Source: an uncultured Haloferula sp. (GTDB lineage Bacteria; Verrucomicrobiota; Verrucomicrobiia; Verrucomicrobiales; Akkermansiaceae). Taken from it: 64,000 bases of DNA. Within the stretch, counting starts at the first letter, position 1. Every line of letters starts with the position of its first letter. Position numbers and translations under genes: made by a program. Below, one piece after another: positions 30,748 to 40,594 of the stretch. Below the pieces are notes generated by a model. That model was not told where the DNA came from and ran no database searches. It was given only the letters and a program-made list of their open reading frames with translations. The stretch lies in NCBI GenBank assembly GCA_965652295.1, contig CBFGTS010000004.1, positions 224,001-288,000 on the forward strand, written 5' to 3'.

Positions 30748-32762
30748 AGACGCTTGTCGTTTGGGTCGTTCTCGCTGCGGCTCCACTTGTTGGGGCGGCG
30801 GAGGAGGATTGGGGATCGCGTCTCGCAGGTTGGTTCTCGGGCCGACTGGATGAAATCCACATCGAAGTGGTCGAGGTCGAGGCTTCGATGGTAGGGCTGC
30901 CCCGGGTTCCGATCGATGACCAAGGCGGCAGTGGGGGATTCGCCAGCTTGCATCCTTCCGAGTTTCCGACCGGGGCCGATGCTCATGCCGTCGAGCTGCG
31001 GTGGGGCGAGGTCGTGCCGATCGATGAGGTCGCCCTGATTCCTGCCAGGCGTTACGATGCCCAGGGGCTCGAAGCTCAATTCGGGATGCCGGATTCGTTT
31101 CAAGCATTTGCTTTAAATGGCACTGAGGAAGTTCTGTTGGGGGAGGTGTCCGGTCTCTGGAGCGACCCCGTCCTCGCGGGTCATCCGATCTTCTTGAAAC
31201 AGGATTCGGTCGTCTTTGCCGATGGCATTAAAATCAGAGCAGGACGCTTGCCTTCAGATCCTTATGAGGGTTCGAGTTTCGTTCACGCATGGGCCGAATG
31301 CATGGTCTTTTCGGAAGGCCGGAATGTGGCGGGTTCAGCGGAGGTGAAAGCGCTTTCAGGGATGGCTCCGTCCGCGCCTTGGCAGTGGTCTGCGGAATTT
31401 TTGGTGGATGGGCAGACGCCGCTCGGGTTGCCGGAAGTGGAGGACGAGAACCACGTCAACGTCGGCTGGCTTTCCAAGGCGATGCCCACGGCGGACTCGA
31501 CGGTGACGTTGGAGATCGATCTGGAGGAGGTCGCCGAAGTGGACGCGCTGAGGCTGTTTCCCGCCAAGCGTCCGACTCCCGATCTGCCGAGCGGGTTCGG
31601 GTTTCCCGAGCGTCTTGAAGTCAGCTTCGGTGCGACGCAGGCGGAAGTGAACCAAGCAACACCTCAGGTGTTCGAGCTGCGCAATCCGGGGCACAATCCG
31701 GTGCGTCTCCCGGTCGCGTCCACCTCCGCCCGCTTCGTGCGTCTCCGGGCGACCCGGCTCTGGAAGCCGTTCGATACCTACCCGGCGTTCTGCGCTTTCA
31801 GCGAAATCGAAGTCCTGAACGGCATGAAGAACGTCGCCCTCGGTGGCCGGATCCGGAGTGCCGATGGCATGGGCAATGTGGTGGCACCGGGAGGTCGCTA
31901 CTGGAGTTCCCAGAGCCTGACCGACGGCTTCGGACCGGACGGACGGATCGTCCCGATGGCGGAGTGGCTGGGAATGCTCGACCAGCGGCGGCAGTTGGAA
32001 ACCCGGCTGGTGGAGCTGCGTCATGAGGCGGAGATGATCGTGGCGGGCTGGAGAAGGACGGCACTGTGGGCTGTGGTTCTGGTCAGCGCGGCGGGCGCGA
32101 TCCTGCTCATCGTGCTGCCCATTCGTTTCAAGATCCGGGAGAAACGGAAGCTCGTCGAAGTGCGCGAGCGGATTGCCGGCGACCTGCACGACGAAGTCGG
32201 AAGCAATTTGGGGAGCATCCAGATGTTCGCCGACCTGGCCGAGGGGCGGATGGGGGTTTCCGACGAATTGAAGCGCATCCAGCGGATCGCTGCCGAGACG
32301 GTCAGCGCCGTCCGTGACATCGTCTGGCTGCTGCGGCCGGGCCGGGCGCACCGGATCGGGACGGTGGAGCACCTGCGGGAAACCGCCTCGATCATGCTTG
32401 AGCCGCTGCAATGGCATTTCACCGCCGACGAACCGGCGTGGGAGATCGAGCTGAGCGATGAGGCGAATCGCCACCTGTTCCTGTATTTCCGCGAGGCCCT
32501 GCACAACATCCTGCGGCATGCGAAAGCGACCGAGGTGTGGATCGCGGTGACCGCTAAAGGGAAAGAACTCCGGCTGGTGATCCGCGATGACGGGGTGGGC
32601 ATCCCGCCGGAGAAACGCGAGCGTCCCGCGACGCTGCGGGCTCTGCGGCAGCGGGCGGAATCGCTGGCAGGGAGCTTCGATTTCGAGCCGGGCGAAGAGG
32701 GCGGAACGCGGCTGTCGCTTTCACTCCCGGTCAGCCGGGAAAAGAAAGCGGGCCCGGGTTAG
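30744..32762 (+). CDS. Sensor histidine kinase (HisKA_3 type) with extracellular discoidin/F5-8C-like domains
   Basis: Signal peptide, two beta-sandwich repeats ending (A/S)E..V...G.NVA, TM, RERIAGDLHDEVG, REALHN..RHA, DDGVG. Confidence 0.85.
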   Translation: MKTLVVWVVLAAAPLVGAAEEDWGSRLAGWFSGRLDEIHIEVVEVEASMVGLPRVPIDDQGGSGGFASLHPSEFPTGADAHAVELRWGEVVPIDEVALIPARRYDAQGLEAQFGMPDSFQAFALNGTEEVLLGEVSGLWSDPVLAGHPIFLKQDSVVFADGIKIRAGRLPSDPYEGSSFVHAWAECMVFSEGRNVAGSAEVKALSGMAPSAPWQWSAEFLVDGQTPLGLPEVEDENHVNVGWLSKAMPTADSTVTLEIDLEEVAEVDALRLFPAKRPTPDLPSGFGFPERLEVSFGATQAEVNQATPQVFELRNPGHNPVRLPVASTSARFVRLRATRLWKPFDTYPAFCAFSEIEVLNGMKNVALGGRIRSADGMGNVVAPGGRYWSSQSLTDGFGPDGRIVPMAEWLGMLDQRRQLETRLVELRHEAEMIVAGWRRTALWAVVLVSAAGAILLIVLPIRFKIREKRKLVEVRERIAGDLHDEVGSNLGSIQMFADLAEGRMGVSDELKRIQRIAAETVSAVRDIVWLLRPGRAHRIGTVEHLRETASIMLEPLQWHFTADEPAWEIELSDEANRHLFLYFREALHNILRHAKATEVWIAVTAKGKELRLVIRDDGVGIPPEKRERPATLRALRQRAESLAGSFDFEPGEEGGTRLSLSLPVSREKKAGPG

Positions 32763-32769
32763 GGCTCTT

Positions 32770-33873
32770 TCACGGCGCTCCGACCAACTCGCGGTAGACA
32801 TCGAGCGTCCCGTCGAGCATCGCCTGCAAAGTGAACGGGTTCGGTTGGGCCACCGGCGGTGGCTCGGCGAGGAGCTGGCGGATGACGAGCGCGGCCTCTT
32901 CGGGGGCATTGGGCTTGAGTTTTCCTGCCGGAAACAAAGCGTCCAACTGCTCTTCCACGCCACCGTGCGCGTAGCCGGCCACCGGGACGCCCATGGCCAG
33001 CGCTTCGAGCGTGGTCCGCCCAAAGGATTCCGGCTGCCGGGTCAGCGAGAGCACCAGCGAGGAGACCGCGAGGATCTCGCGCAGGTCGTCGCGGTTGCCG
33101 GTGAAGGTGACACGCGAGCCAAGCCCGCGGTCGTCGAAAATCCGCCGTATCTCGCCGGCATAGGACTGTTTTTTCGGATGGACGCCTCCGACGACCACCG
33201 CGTGGACGTCGGGCAGGTCATCGAGAGCGGCCAGGATCGTGGCGAGGTCCTCGTGGCCCTTGAGGCGGGTGATCCGCCCGGGCAGGGTGAGCAGGCGCTT
33301 GCCGCGGGTTTCGGGGAAAGCGGCCTCGAATGCCGTGCGCCACGTGTCATCGGGGCGGTGGCCGTAGGGATACATCGCCGGATCGACGCCCCGCGGCACG
33401 ACCCGCAGCTTGTCCTCCGGAATCCCCGGATAGTTCTCCAGAACGTAGCGGCGGATGCTTTCGGAAACGCAGATGACCCGCTCGCCACAGGTCATGATCC
33501 GCGACCAGCGGTTCACCGAATAGAAGCCGTGCACGGTGGTGACCAAGCGCGGTCGCCGGGCCTCCGGCAGCTTCCGCCACGCCAGCCACATCGCCCATGC
33601 CGGGACTCGTGAGCGCAGGTGCAGGATGTCCGGTCGTTCGACCTCCAACAGCTGCCGGAGCCGGGGGACGAGCAGCAGGGTGGCGAGCGACTTTTTTCCG
33701 ATCGGCAACTCGATGTGCCGGGTGCCCGCCGTTTCCAGTCTCGGCACCTGGCGGCCGCCGCCGGAAAGAACGAGGGACTCGTGGCTCAAGGCCGTCAGAT
33801 GGGCTGCGAGCTCAAGCGTCCCGCGCTCGACTCCGCCTGAGTTCATTTCCGGGAGCACCTGGAGGACCTTCAT
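32770..33873 (-). CDS. Glycosyltransferase family 4
   Basis: GGVERG, T.HG, GRI.RLKG, ESFGR..LEA.A.G.PV. Confidence 0.9.
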   Translation of the reverse strand: MKVLQVLPEMNSGGVERGTLELAAHLTALSHESLVLSGGGRQVPRLETAGTRHIELPIGKKSLATLLLVPRLRQLLEVERPDILHLRSRVPAWAMWLAWRKLPEARRPRLVTTVHGFYSVNRWSRIMTCGERVICVSESIRRYVLENYPGIPEDKLRVVPRGVDPAMYPYGHRPDDTWRTAFEAAFPETRGKRLLTLPGRITRLKGHEDLATILAALDDLPDVHAVVVGGVHPKKQSYAGEIRRIFDDRGLGSRVTFTGNRDDLREILAVSSLVLSLTRQPESFGRTTLEALAMGVPVAGYAHGGVEEQLDALFPAGKLKPNAPEEAALVIRQLLAEPPPVAQPNPFTLQAMLDGTLDVYRELVGAP

Positions 33874-34784
33874 GATGAGCGGCGGGGGAAAAAACGGCTG
33901 AGTACGATCGCTGCGGCGCGGTCGGCCTCACGGAGGATCTCGGGTGGGTGGGGGAGCGGCTGGCCGGGCGTCCATCGGTCGAAACGGGTCAGCCAACCCC
34001 GGTCGGCCAGCCGGTCGATCCCGCGGGCGACACGGGAAGGTGATTTCTTTTTCCGCGGAACCGGCAGCAGGCCCACCGCGGCACCGCTGCTAAGAGCCTC
34101 GTAGATCATGGAAACCGAGTCTTCCGTCACCCAGACTTCGGCGGCGCGGGCGAGCTGTTGGGGCAACCAATCGCGGCCGGTATCGGCATGCGGGTAGCTG
34201 GCAAGGGCAGGGATCGAATCGGAAAGCCGCGAGAGGAATCGCCCGGGAGTTCTTCGCGAATCGGTCACCCGCCAAGGCAGCTCGCCGCGGCGGGCGACAA
34301 TCTCCTGCACGCAGCGGAGGATCGTTTCCTCATCCCAGCCGTGACTGCCGGAAGGTCCGCCGATCAGCAGCAGCCCGCCTTGACGCGGCTGGGCGGGATC
34401 GACCGGTGGCACGCGGTTCAGCGCTCCTTTCGTCGGGACGATATTGGGTGCGGGCGCACCTGTGAGATCGTGCTCGGGGACTAGACAAAGGTCGAAAAAA
34501 CCAGCCGGTAGGCTGGGCTTCATCAGCACCACGCAGGGTGAGCCGGTCCTGCGGGCGAGCTGCAGAAGAGGTGCATGGGTGGAGTGCCCGGCACCGAGGA
34601 AAAGGTCCGGTTGCGGGTCGGGCGTTTTGATGGGGGCGAGCGAGCGGAGCTTCCCGGCGGCGACCTGCACCAGTTGGACCCGCGCCGGGGTCCGTCGCGC
34701 GATCGCCTCGGCGAGTCCGAGCGCCTGATTCTGATGACCCGGCTTGCCATCGGTCAGCACGCAGATCTCAAGGGCCCGGCTCAT
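33870..34784 (-). CDS. ELM1-family putative glycosyltransferase
   Basis: DGKPGH.NQ..GL, VPEHD, LIGG.S, SRRTP, VTEDSVSMI.EA. Confidence 0.85.
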   Translation of the reverse strand: MSRALEICVLTDGKPGHQNQALGLAEAIARRTPARVQLVQVAAGKLRSLAPIKTPDPQPDLFLGAGHSTHAPLLQLARRTGSPCVVLMKPSLPAGFFDLCLVPEHDLTGAPAPNIVPTKGALNRVPPVDPAQPRQGGLLLIGGPSGSHGWDEETILRCVQEIVARRGELPWRVTDSRRTPGRFLSRLSDSIPALASYPHADTGRDWLPQQLARAAEVWVTEDSVSMIYEALSSGAAVGLLPVPRKKKSPSRVARGIDRLADRGWLTRFDRWTPGQPLPHPPEILREADRAAAIVLSRFFPRRSS

Positions 34785-36172
34785 GAGGGGCGGCGCTTGT
34801 CGGGGATGAAGTTCAGGGAGTCGGCGAGCGCGGACCACGCTTCCAGGCTTTCCGGCCGCTCCAGCGAACGGCTCCATGGACGGCCTTTCACCCCGAAGCC
34901 GAGGATCGCGCGGTGGTCCATCCGTCGCGCGGCGCGGGCGAGCGCGGGTTCCGAGCCAAAAAGCAGGAAGCCATCGAGAGGCGCGGGATGGCTCCGGTCG
35001 ATCTTCTCAAGCACGCTGTCGGCGAAGGTTTCAGGAATCTCCGGGTCCCACTCGTGAAGGATCACCCGCGGGTCGTCGACGCGCGCCGCGGGAGTGGCCA
35101 ACCGCTCGACCCGCAGGTCGGGCCGGATTTCCCATGCCCGGCGGAGGAATGCCTGGACGCCATCCTCCGGCGCGTCGGGCGGAGTCGACAGGACCAGCCG
35201 CAGCGGCACGCTCGCGCGCGCGGCCACCTCCGGGTCGAGCCGCGTGAAGAGGCTCAAAGGGAACCGCCGGTCCGTGCGCCAGCGGTCGTGGAACCAGAAC
35301 ACATCCGGCAGGCTGCCGAGCATGACCGACTCCAGGGCCGCCATGATTTCCGCGGTGCTCGACTTCGGATCCAGCGGGTGCAGCGCCAGCAGCCAACGAC
35401 CGTGGCCGGTGGTGTGCATGTCGAGCGTGACGATCCGGGCGCGACCGCGTTTCACCATCAGTTCGAGCAGCGGCGGGCAGGTTGTGATCTTGCCGATGAA
35501 GGTCATCGGCGTGCCGCGGGCTCCGGCCCGCTGATCGCCCAGCACCGCCAGTGCGCCGCCGTCGCGGAGGAAGGTCGAGGGGGCGTAGTAGCCGTCTTTC
35601 CGGCTGAAAAGCCGCGCTCCGGTGGAGGTGCGGCGCTCCTGGGTCAGGGCATCCATCAGCGGGTTGTCCAGCGGACGGTAAACGCCGCCGAAGCTACCGG
35701 GTTCCAGCACTTTCGCGCCGAGCCGCGTCAGCGCCTCCCAATTGCCCATGTGGGCCATGGCGATCACCGTGCCGTGGCCCTCGCGGCGGTTGCGGTCGAG
35801 AACTCGCAGCGCCTCCGGGTCAACCAGCTCCGCCAGCTCGTCGAGCGGCAGGATCTGGGTCTTGAGCGAGGCCAGGAAATTCGCGCCGCCACGACGGAAA
35901 GTCTCTTTCACCAATGCGGCCAGCTCCGTTTCCGTAGACGGATGGGAGGCGGTGGCGATCCGCAGGTTGCGCTCCACCAACCGGCGGTATTTCCTGCTTG
36001 CCACATGAGCCACAAGTCCGAGCCCGTGGCCGAGGGCGACGCAGCTTTCCATATCGATCCGTGCGAGCGCCGCCTCCACGCTGCGGTAGAGGAAATGCTC
36101 GAGGCGATGTCGGAAAGCGGGCCGTTCGGCGATCACGGGCGGATGCTGTTCCGCCGCGACCCATTCCGGCAA
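34781..36172 (-). CDS. Lipid A late acyltransferase (LpxL/HtrB family) with C-terminal extension
   Basis: HMGNWE, YRPLDNP, L.DQ, P...FWFH.RW; start uncertain. Confidence 0.8.
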   Translation of the reverse strand: MPEWVAAEQHPPVIAERPAFRHRLEHFLYRSVEAALARIDMESCVALGHGLGLVAHVASRKYRRLVERNLRIATASHPSTETELAALVKETFRRGGANFLASLKTQILPLDELAELVDPEALRVLDRNRREGHGTVIAMAHMGNWEALTRLGAKVLEPGSFGGVYRPLDNPLMDALTQERRTSTGARLFSRKDGYYAPSTFLRDGGALAVLGDQRAGARGTPMTFIGKITTCPPLLELMVKRGRARIVTLDMHTTGHGRWLLALHPLDPKSSTAEIMAALESVMLGSLPDVFWFHDRWRTDRRFPLSLFTRLDPEVAARASVPLRLVLSTPPDAPEDGVQAFLRRAWEIRPDLRVERLATPAARVDDPRVILHEWDPEIPETFADSVLEKIDRSHPAPLDGFLLFGSEPALARAARRMDHRAILGFGVKGRPWSRSLERPESLEAWSALADSLNFIPDKRRPS

Positions 36173-36222
36173 GCCCGGGGCTTGCTTCCCTCCGAGGGGC
36201 CACCGTAGGCTCCCGCGCCGAG

Positions 36223-36294
36223 GCCCCCGTAGTTCAATGGATAGAACGAGCCTCTCCTAAAGGCTAGATGCAGGTTCGATTCCTGCCGGGGGCA
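36223..36294 (+). tRNA. tRNA-Arg (anticodon CCT)
   Basis: GCCCCCG/CGGGGGC acceptor stem, TAGTTCAATGGATAGAAC D-arm, AGCCT-CTCCTAA-AGGCT anticodon arm, GGTTCGATTCC T-arm; CCA not encoded. Confidence 0.95.
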
Positions 36295-36299
36295 CGTTT

Positions 36300-36327
36300 G
36301 ATTTCCGATTCGGGATTTCCGATTGCT
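36300..36327 (+). repeat. Heptamer tandem array just downstream of the tRNA
   Basis: GATTTCC GATTCGG GATTTCC GATTGCT. Confidence 0.6.
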
Positions 36328-36396
36328 GCGGTTCGATCAGCGACGGGCGGGGATGAAGGCTTGCGACCAGCTCCGCACTCGGCTCCGAATGGGCGC

Positions 36397-37503
36397 GTGA
36401 GTTGGCTGCTGGTAGGAATCGCCTGGGCAGGCGCCGCCCTAGCGGGAGGAGCCTCGAAGTGGCTGCTCGGGCGCATGGTCCCGCTCCCGCCTCCCGGACC
36501 GCTCGGCCGGCCGCCGAAGGTCTCGGTCATCATCCCTGCTCGCAATGAGGCCCGCAACCTGCCGGTTCTCATCGATTCGCTCCATCGCCAGTGGCTGCGC
36601 CCGCATGAGATCCTTGTGATCGATGACCAGTCGGACGACGAAACCTATGAAGTCGCCAAGCTCTGCGGAGCCCGGCCCATTTCCAGCAAACCGCTGCCCG
36701 ATGGCTGGCTCGGGAAACCATGGGCCTGCCAGCAGGGGGCGGATCTCGCCAGCGGGCAGCTCCTGCTTTTTCTGGACGCGGATGTCCACCTCCAGCCCGA
36801 CGCGCTCGCCCGGCTCGTGGCTGCGATCGGAGACGGCCAAGCCGCCGTCTCCGTCTGCCCGTGGCACCGCATCGAGCGCGCCTACGAGCAGGGATCGGTC
36901 TTTTTCAACCTCTTCATGGTGGGGGGTATCGGTGCCTTCGGCCCGCGGGGTTTTCACGCGAAACACGTCGGGCTCTTCGGCCAGGTGATGATGATTTCGT
37001 CCGATCATTACCAGCGCGTCGGCAGCCACGGCGTCGTTCGCAGCAAGGTGCTCGGAAATTTCCATCTCTCCCGCAAGCTGGTGGCTCTGGAGATCGCCTG
37101 CCGTTCCTACGTGGGCGCTGGCTGCGTCACCACACGGATGTTTCCCGACGGTTTCGGCCAGCTCTGTCGAGGCTGGATGAAAGGCTGCGTCTCGGGTGCC
37201 GCGATTGCCCCGCGATGGGCCGTGGCGGCCATTTCCCTGTGGATCACCGGGCTCGCGATGTCTGCCATCGCGCTCATCGTCGGCCTCATCCAGTGGACGC
37301 CGCAGACGCTGCTCATCCCCGGGGCCTATGGCATTGCCGCCCTCACCCTTTACGACAAAATGGTGTGGATCGGCCGCTTCTCGGCTTGGAACGCGATCTT
37401 CTACCCTTTCAGCCTGCTGTTCTACCTGGTCCTCTTCGTTCTCTCCCTCGTCCGACGAAAAACCGGCGGAACCGTGAACTGGAAGGGACGTCGTGTGGCT
37501 TGA
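36397..37503 (+). CDS. Glycosyltransferase family 2 (CrtQ/HpnB-like, membrane)
   Basis: SVIIPARNE, DDQS.D, LP.GW.GKPWAC, FLDAD, C-terminal TMs and V.WKGR; GTG start inferred. Confidence 0.85.
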   Translation: MSWLLVGIAWAGAALAGGASKWLLGRMVPLPPPGPLGRPPKVSVIIPARNEARNLPVLIDSLHRQWLRPHEILVIDDQSDDETYEVAKLCGARPISSKPLPDGWLGKPWACQQGADLASGQLLLFLDADVHLQPDALARLVAAIGDGQAAVSVCPWHRIERAYEQGSVFFNLFMVGGIGAFGPRGFHAKHVGLFGQVMMISSDHYQRVGSHGVVRSKVLGNFHLSRKLVALEIACRSYVGAGCVTTRMFPDGFGQLCRGWMKGCVSGAAIAPRWAVAAISLWITGLAMSAIALIVGLIQWTPQTLLIPGAYGIAALTLYDKMVWIGRFSAWNAIFYPFSLLFYLVLFVLSLVRRKTGGTVNWKGRRVA

Positions 37504-37628
37504 TCTCCCGCGTTCGCCCCCCGCTCCCCCCTGAAAGCTGAACATCCGAGCCTGATAAACTCTCCCCACGGGCAAGGCTTGCTACCCGCGGCTGGACCTC
37601 CTAGTCCTTAACAAAACCGAACCATTCC

Positions 37629-39482
37629 ATGGCTGACTACACCGAAGACGACATCAGGTCCCTTGATTGGCGTGAGCACATCCGCCTCCGCCCCGGCATG
37701 TACATCGGCAAGCTCGGCGACGGCTCCTCGCCCGACGATGGCATCTACATCCTGCTCAAGGAGGTCATCGATAACTCGATCGACGAGTTCATCATGGGTC
37801 ATGGGAAGGAGATCCACATCGAGATCGACGACCTCGGCCGTGTTGAAGTCCGGGACTTCGGCCGCGGCATTCCCCTCGGCAAACTCTTCGACTGCGCCGC
37901 CCAGATCAACACCGGTGCCAAGTACGACAGCGAAGCCTTCAAAAAATCCGTCGGCCTCAACGGCGTCGGCATCAAGGCCGTCAACGCCCTGTCCAGTTTT
38001 TTCGAAATCCAAGCCTGGCGCGATGGGCAGACCAAAGCCATCGAGTTTTCCAAAGGCGAGATCGCCGTTGATATGAAGACCCCGCGTGCCGATTCCGGAC
38101 AGCCCGGCACCCGGCTCGCTTTCGAGGTCGATCGCACCATTTTCCCCGGCCGCATCCATTTCAAGCCCGCCTATGTCGAGCGGATGTGCCGTTACTACAG
38201 CTATCTGAATCCCGGCCTCACGCTGGTTTTCAACGGCAAGAAGTTCCGATCCAAGGACGGGCTTCTGGATCTGCTTCGCGAAGAGATGGAAAACGAGCCT
38301 CTCTACGGCCCCGTCCACCTCAAGGGCAAGGACATCGAGATCGCCTTCACCCACACCGCCGAGGGCGGCGAGGAATACTACTCCTTCGTCAACGGTCAGA
38401 ACACCACCCAGGGCGGCACCCACCTCGCCGCCTTCCGCGAGGCATTCGTCCAGACCATCCGCACCTTCTTCAAGAAGCAGTTCGATCCCTCCGACATCCG
38501 TGCCGGCATCGAGGCCGCCCTCGTCGTCCGCATCGAGGAGCCCGTGTTCGAGTCCCAGACCAAGACCAAGCTTGGCTCCGCCACCATTTCGCCCCAAGGC
38601 GAAACGTTGCGCACCTTCATCGGGAACTTCCTCAAGGAGCAGCTCGACAACTACCTCCACCGCAATCCCCAGGCCGCCGAGGCGATGCAGAAGCGCATCC
38701 TCACCGCCGAGCGCGAGCGCAAGGACCTGAAGGGCATCCAGAAGATCGCCCGCGAGCGCGCCAGGCAGGCCAAGGTCCACAACAAGAAGCTCCGCGACTG
38801 CCGCGCCCACCTCGACACCAAGCACAAGCTCCGCGAAGCCAGCACCCTTTTCATCACCGAAGGCGACTCCGCCTCCGGCTCCATCACCAAGAGCCGGGAT
38901 GTCGAAACCCAGGCCGTTTTCTCACTCCGCGGCAAACCCCTCAACACCTTCGGCCTCGGCAAGAAGGTGGTGTACGAAAACGAGGAATTCGCCCTGCTTC
39001 AGGCCGCTCTCGGTGTGGAGGAGGGGATCGAGGGACTACGTTACAACCGCGTGGTGGTTGCCACCGATGCCGATGTCGACGGCATGCACATCCGTCTGCT
39101 CTTGCTCACCTTCTTCCTCCAGTTCTTTCCCGAGGTCATTCGGGAAGGGCATCTCCACATCCTCCAGACCCCGTTGTTCCGCGTCCGCAACAAGAAGGAG
39201 ACGATCTACTGCTACAGCGAGGAAGAGCGCGTCGCCGCCATGAAGAAGCTCGGCAAATCTCCCGAGATCACCCGTTTCAAAGGCCTCGGCGAGATCTCGC
39301 CCGATGAGTTCAAGTTCATGATCGGCCCCGACATGCGGCTCGACCCCGTTGAATTTGAAGAAGGAAAGGGTGTCAAAGAGTTGCTGGCCTTCTACATGGG
39401 CAAGAACACCCCCGACCGTCAGGAGTTCATCATCAACAATCTCCGCGAGGACGTCGATCGCCAGATCGGCGACGCCGCCTAG
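37629..39482 (+). CDS. parE: Type IIA topoisomerase subunit B (ParE-like)
   Basis: [54 protein letters not shown]; ParE versus GyrB is an inference. Confidence 0.8.
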   Translation: MADYTEDDIRSLDWREHIRLRPGMYIGKLGDGSSPDDGIYILLKEVIDNSIDEFIMGHGKEIHIEIDDLGRVEVRDFGRGIPLGKLFDCAAQINTGAKYDSEAFKKSVGLNGVGIKAVNALSSFFEIQAWRDGQTKAIEFSKGEIAVDMKTPRADSGQPGTRLAFEVDRTIFPGRIHFKPAYVERMCRYYSYLNPGLTLVFNGKKFRSKDGLLDLLREEMENEPLYGPVHLKGKDIEIAFTHTAEGGEEYYSFVNGQNTTQGGTHLAAFREAFVQTIRTFFKKQFDPSDIRAGIEAALVVRIEEPVFESQTKTKLGSATISPQGETLRTFIGNFLKEQLDNYLHRNPQAAEAMQKRILTAERERKDLKGIQKIARERARQAKVHNKKLRDCRAHLDTKHKLREASTLFITEGDSASGSITKSRDVETQAVFSLRGKPLNTFGLGKKVVYENEEFALLQAALGVEEGIEGLRYNRVVVATDADVDGMHIRLLLLTFFLQFFPEVIREGHLHILQTPLFRVRNKKETIYCYSEEERVAAMKKLGKSPEITRFKGLGEISPDEFKFMIGPDMRLDPVEFEEGKGVKELLAFYMGKNTPDRQEFIINNLREDVDRQIGDAA

Positions 39483-39484
39483 GA

Positions 39485-39630
39485 GGCGGCCTTGTGTCAG
39501 TTCTCTGACGTCTCACCCGAGAAATGAGAACGCCACCGTCTGTATATCGTTCCCCCTTCAAGGGGTGTCGGTCCTGCCCGGAGCTTGGAACGAGCGCCGA
39601 TTAGGAAATAGGTGGTGAGACTTGCCGACC
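39485..39630. ncRNA. Candidate structured non-coding RNA (long irregular hairpin)
   Basis: Nested stems GGCGGC/GCCG(A)CC, GTCTCACC/GGTGAGAC, TCGTTCC/GGAACGA with a large internal bubble; no family motif confirmed. Confidence 0.35.
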
Positions 39631-39714
39631 TTGATTTCAGATTCATCGGGCACCGCTCCGCGGACAAGAATCCGCTTGGCCGGGGGGGCAATGACGGAGC
39701 ACCTTGGGGCGGCC

Positions 39715-40485
39715 ATGACCCGATTCCGTCCATGCATCGACCTCCACCAGGGAAAGGTGAAGCAAATCGTCGGCGGAACGCTGCGCGACGAGGGGCCGGG
39801 ACCGGTGGAGAATTTCACGGCGGAGCAGGGGGCGGGTTGGTTCGCGGAAAAATTCCGCACGGACAGACTGACCGGTGGCCACGTGATCCAGCTCGGGCCG
39901 GGGAATGATGCGGCCGCCCGCGAGGCGCTGGCGGCGTGGCCGAATGGTCTGCAGATCGGCGGCGGGATCCATGTAGAGAACGCGGCTTCGTGGATCGAGG
40001 CAGGGGCCAGCCACGTGATCGTGACCTCGTGGCTGTTCGAGGAAAACGTGCGTTTTTCGGAAGGTCGGGCGCGGCGTCTGGTGGAGGAGGTGGGCCGGGA
40101 GCGGTTGGTGATCGATCTTTCCTGCCGCCGACGGGGCGATCGTTGGGTGGTGGCGACCCAGCGCTGGCAGACGTTGACGGATCTTGAGGTGACGCCCGCG
40201 ACGCTCGATGCGCTGGCCGGGTTTTGCGATGAGTTCCTGATCCACGCGGCGGATGTGGAGGGCCTGTGCGGCGGAATCGATGCGGAGCTGGTAGCGCTGC
40301 TGGGATCTTGGAACGGCCGGCCGGTGACCTACGCGGGAGGCGTGGCGACGATGGAGGATCTTTTGGAAATCGATCGTCTCAGCGGGGGCGGGCTGGATGT
40401 GACGGTGGGTTCGGCGCTGGATCTTTTTGGGGGCGGGGGCGTGCGTTACGAAGATCTCGTCGCCTGGAACCATCGGGCGGGTTGA
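39715..40485 (+). CDS. hisA: Phosphoribosylformimino-5-aminoimidazole carboxamide ribotide isomerase, His6 (eukaryote-like) type
   Basis: FRPCIDLH.G.VKQIVGGTL, GGHVI.LG, LQIGGGI, EFLIHAADVEG, VTYAGG, TVGSALD.FGG. Confidence 0.9.
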   Translation: MTRFRPCIDLHQGKVKQIVGGTLRDEGPGPVENFTAEQGAGWFAEKFRTDRLTGGHVIQLGPGNDAAAREALAAWPNGLQIGGGIHVENAASWIEAGASHVIVTSWLFEENVRFSEGRARRLVEEVGRERLVIDLSCRRRGDRWVVATQRWQTLTDLEVTPATLDALAGFCDEFLIHAADVEGLCGGIDAELVALLGSWNGRPVTYAGGVATMEDLLEIDRLSGGGLDVTVGSALDLFGGGGVRYEDLVAWNHRAG

Positions 40486-40594
40486 CGGGAGCTCCGGGCG
40501 GGAGTCCAATGCGCATGATGCTGGATAGAAATCCGAACTACGAACGGGCGGGTGTGAATGGAAACCGCTCAGCGGATGCTCAAGGGCTGCTGTC

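Noticed and set aside
36223..37600. tRNA as an integration site for a genomic island
   Set aside because: No integrase, no duplicated tRNA 3' end, and no clear compositional shift downstream
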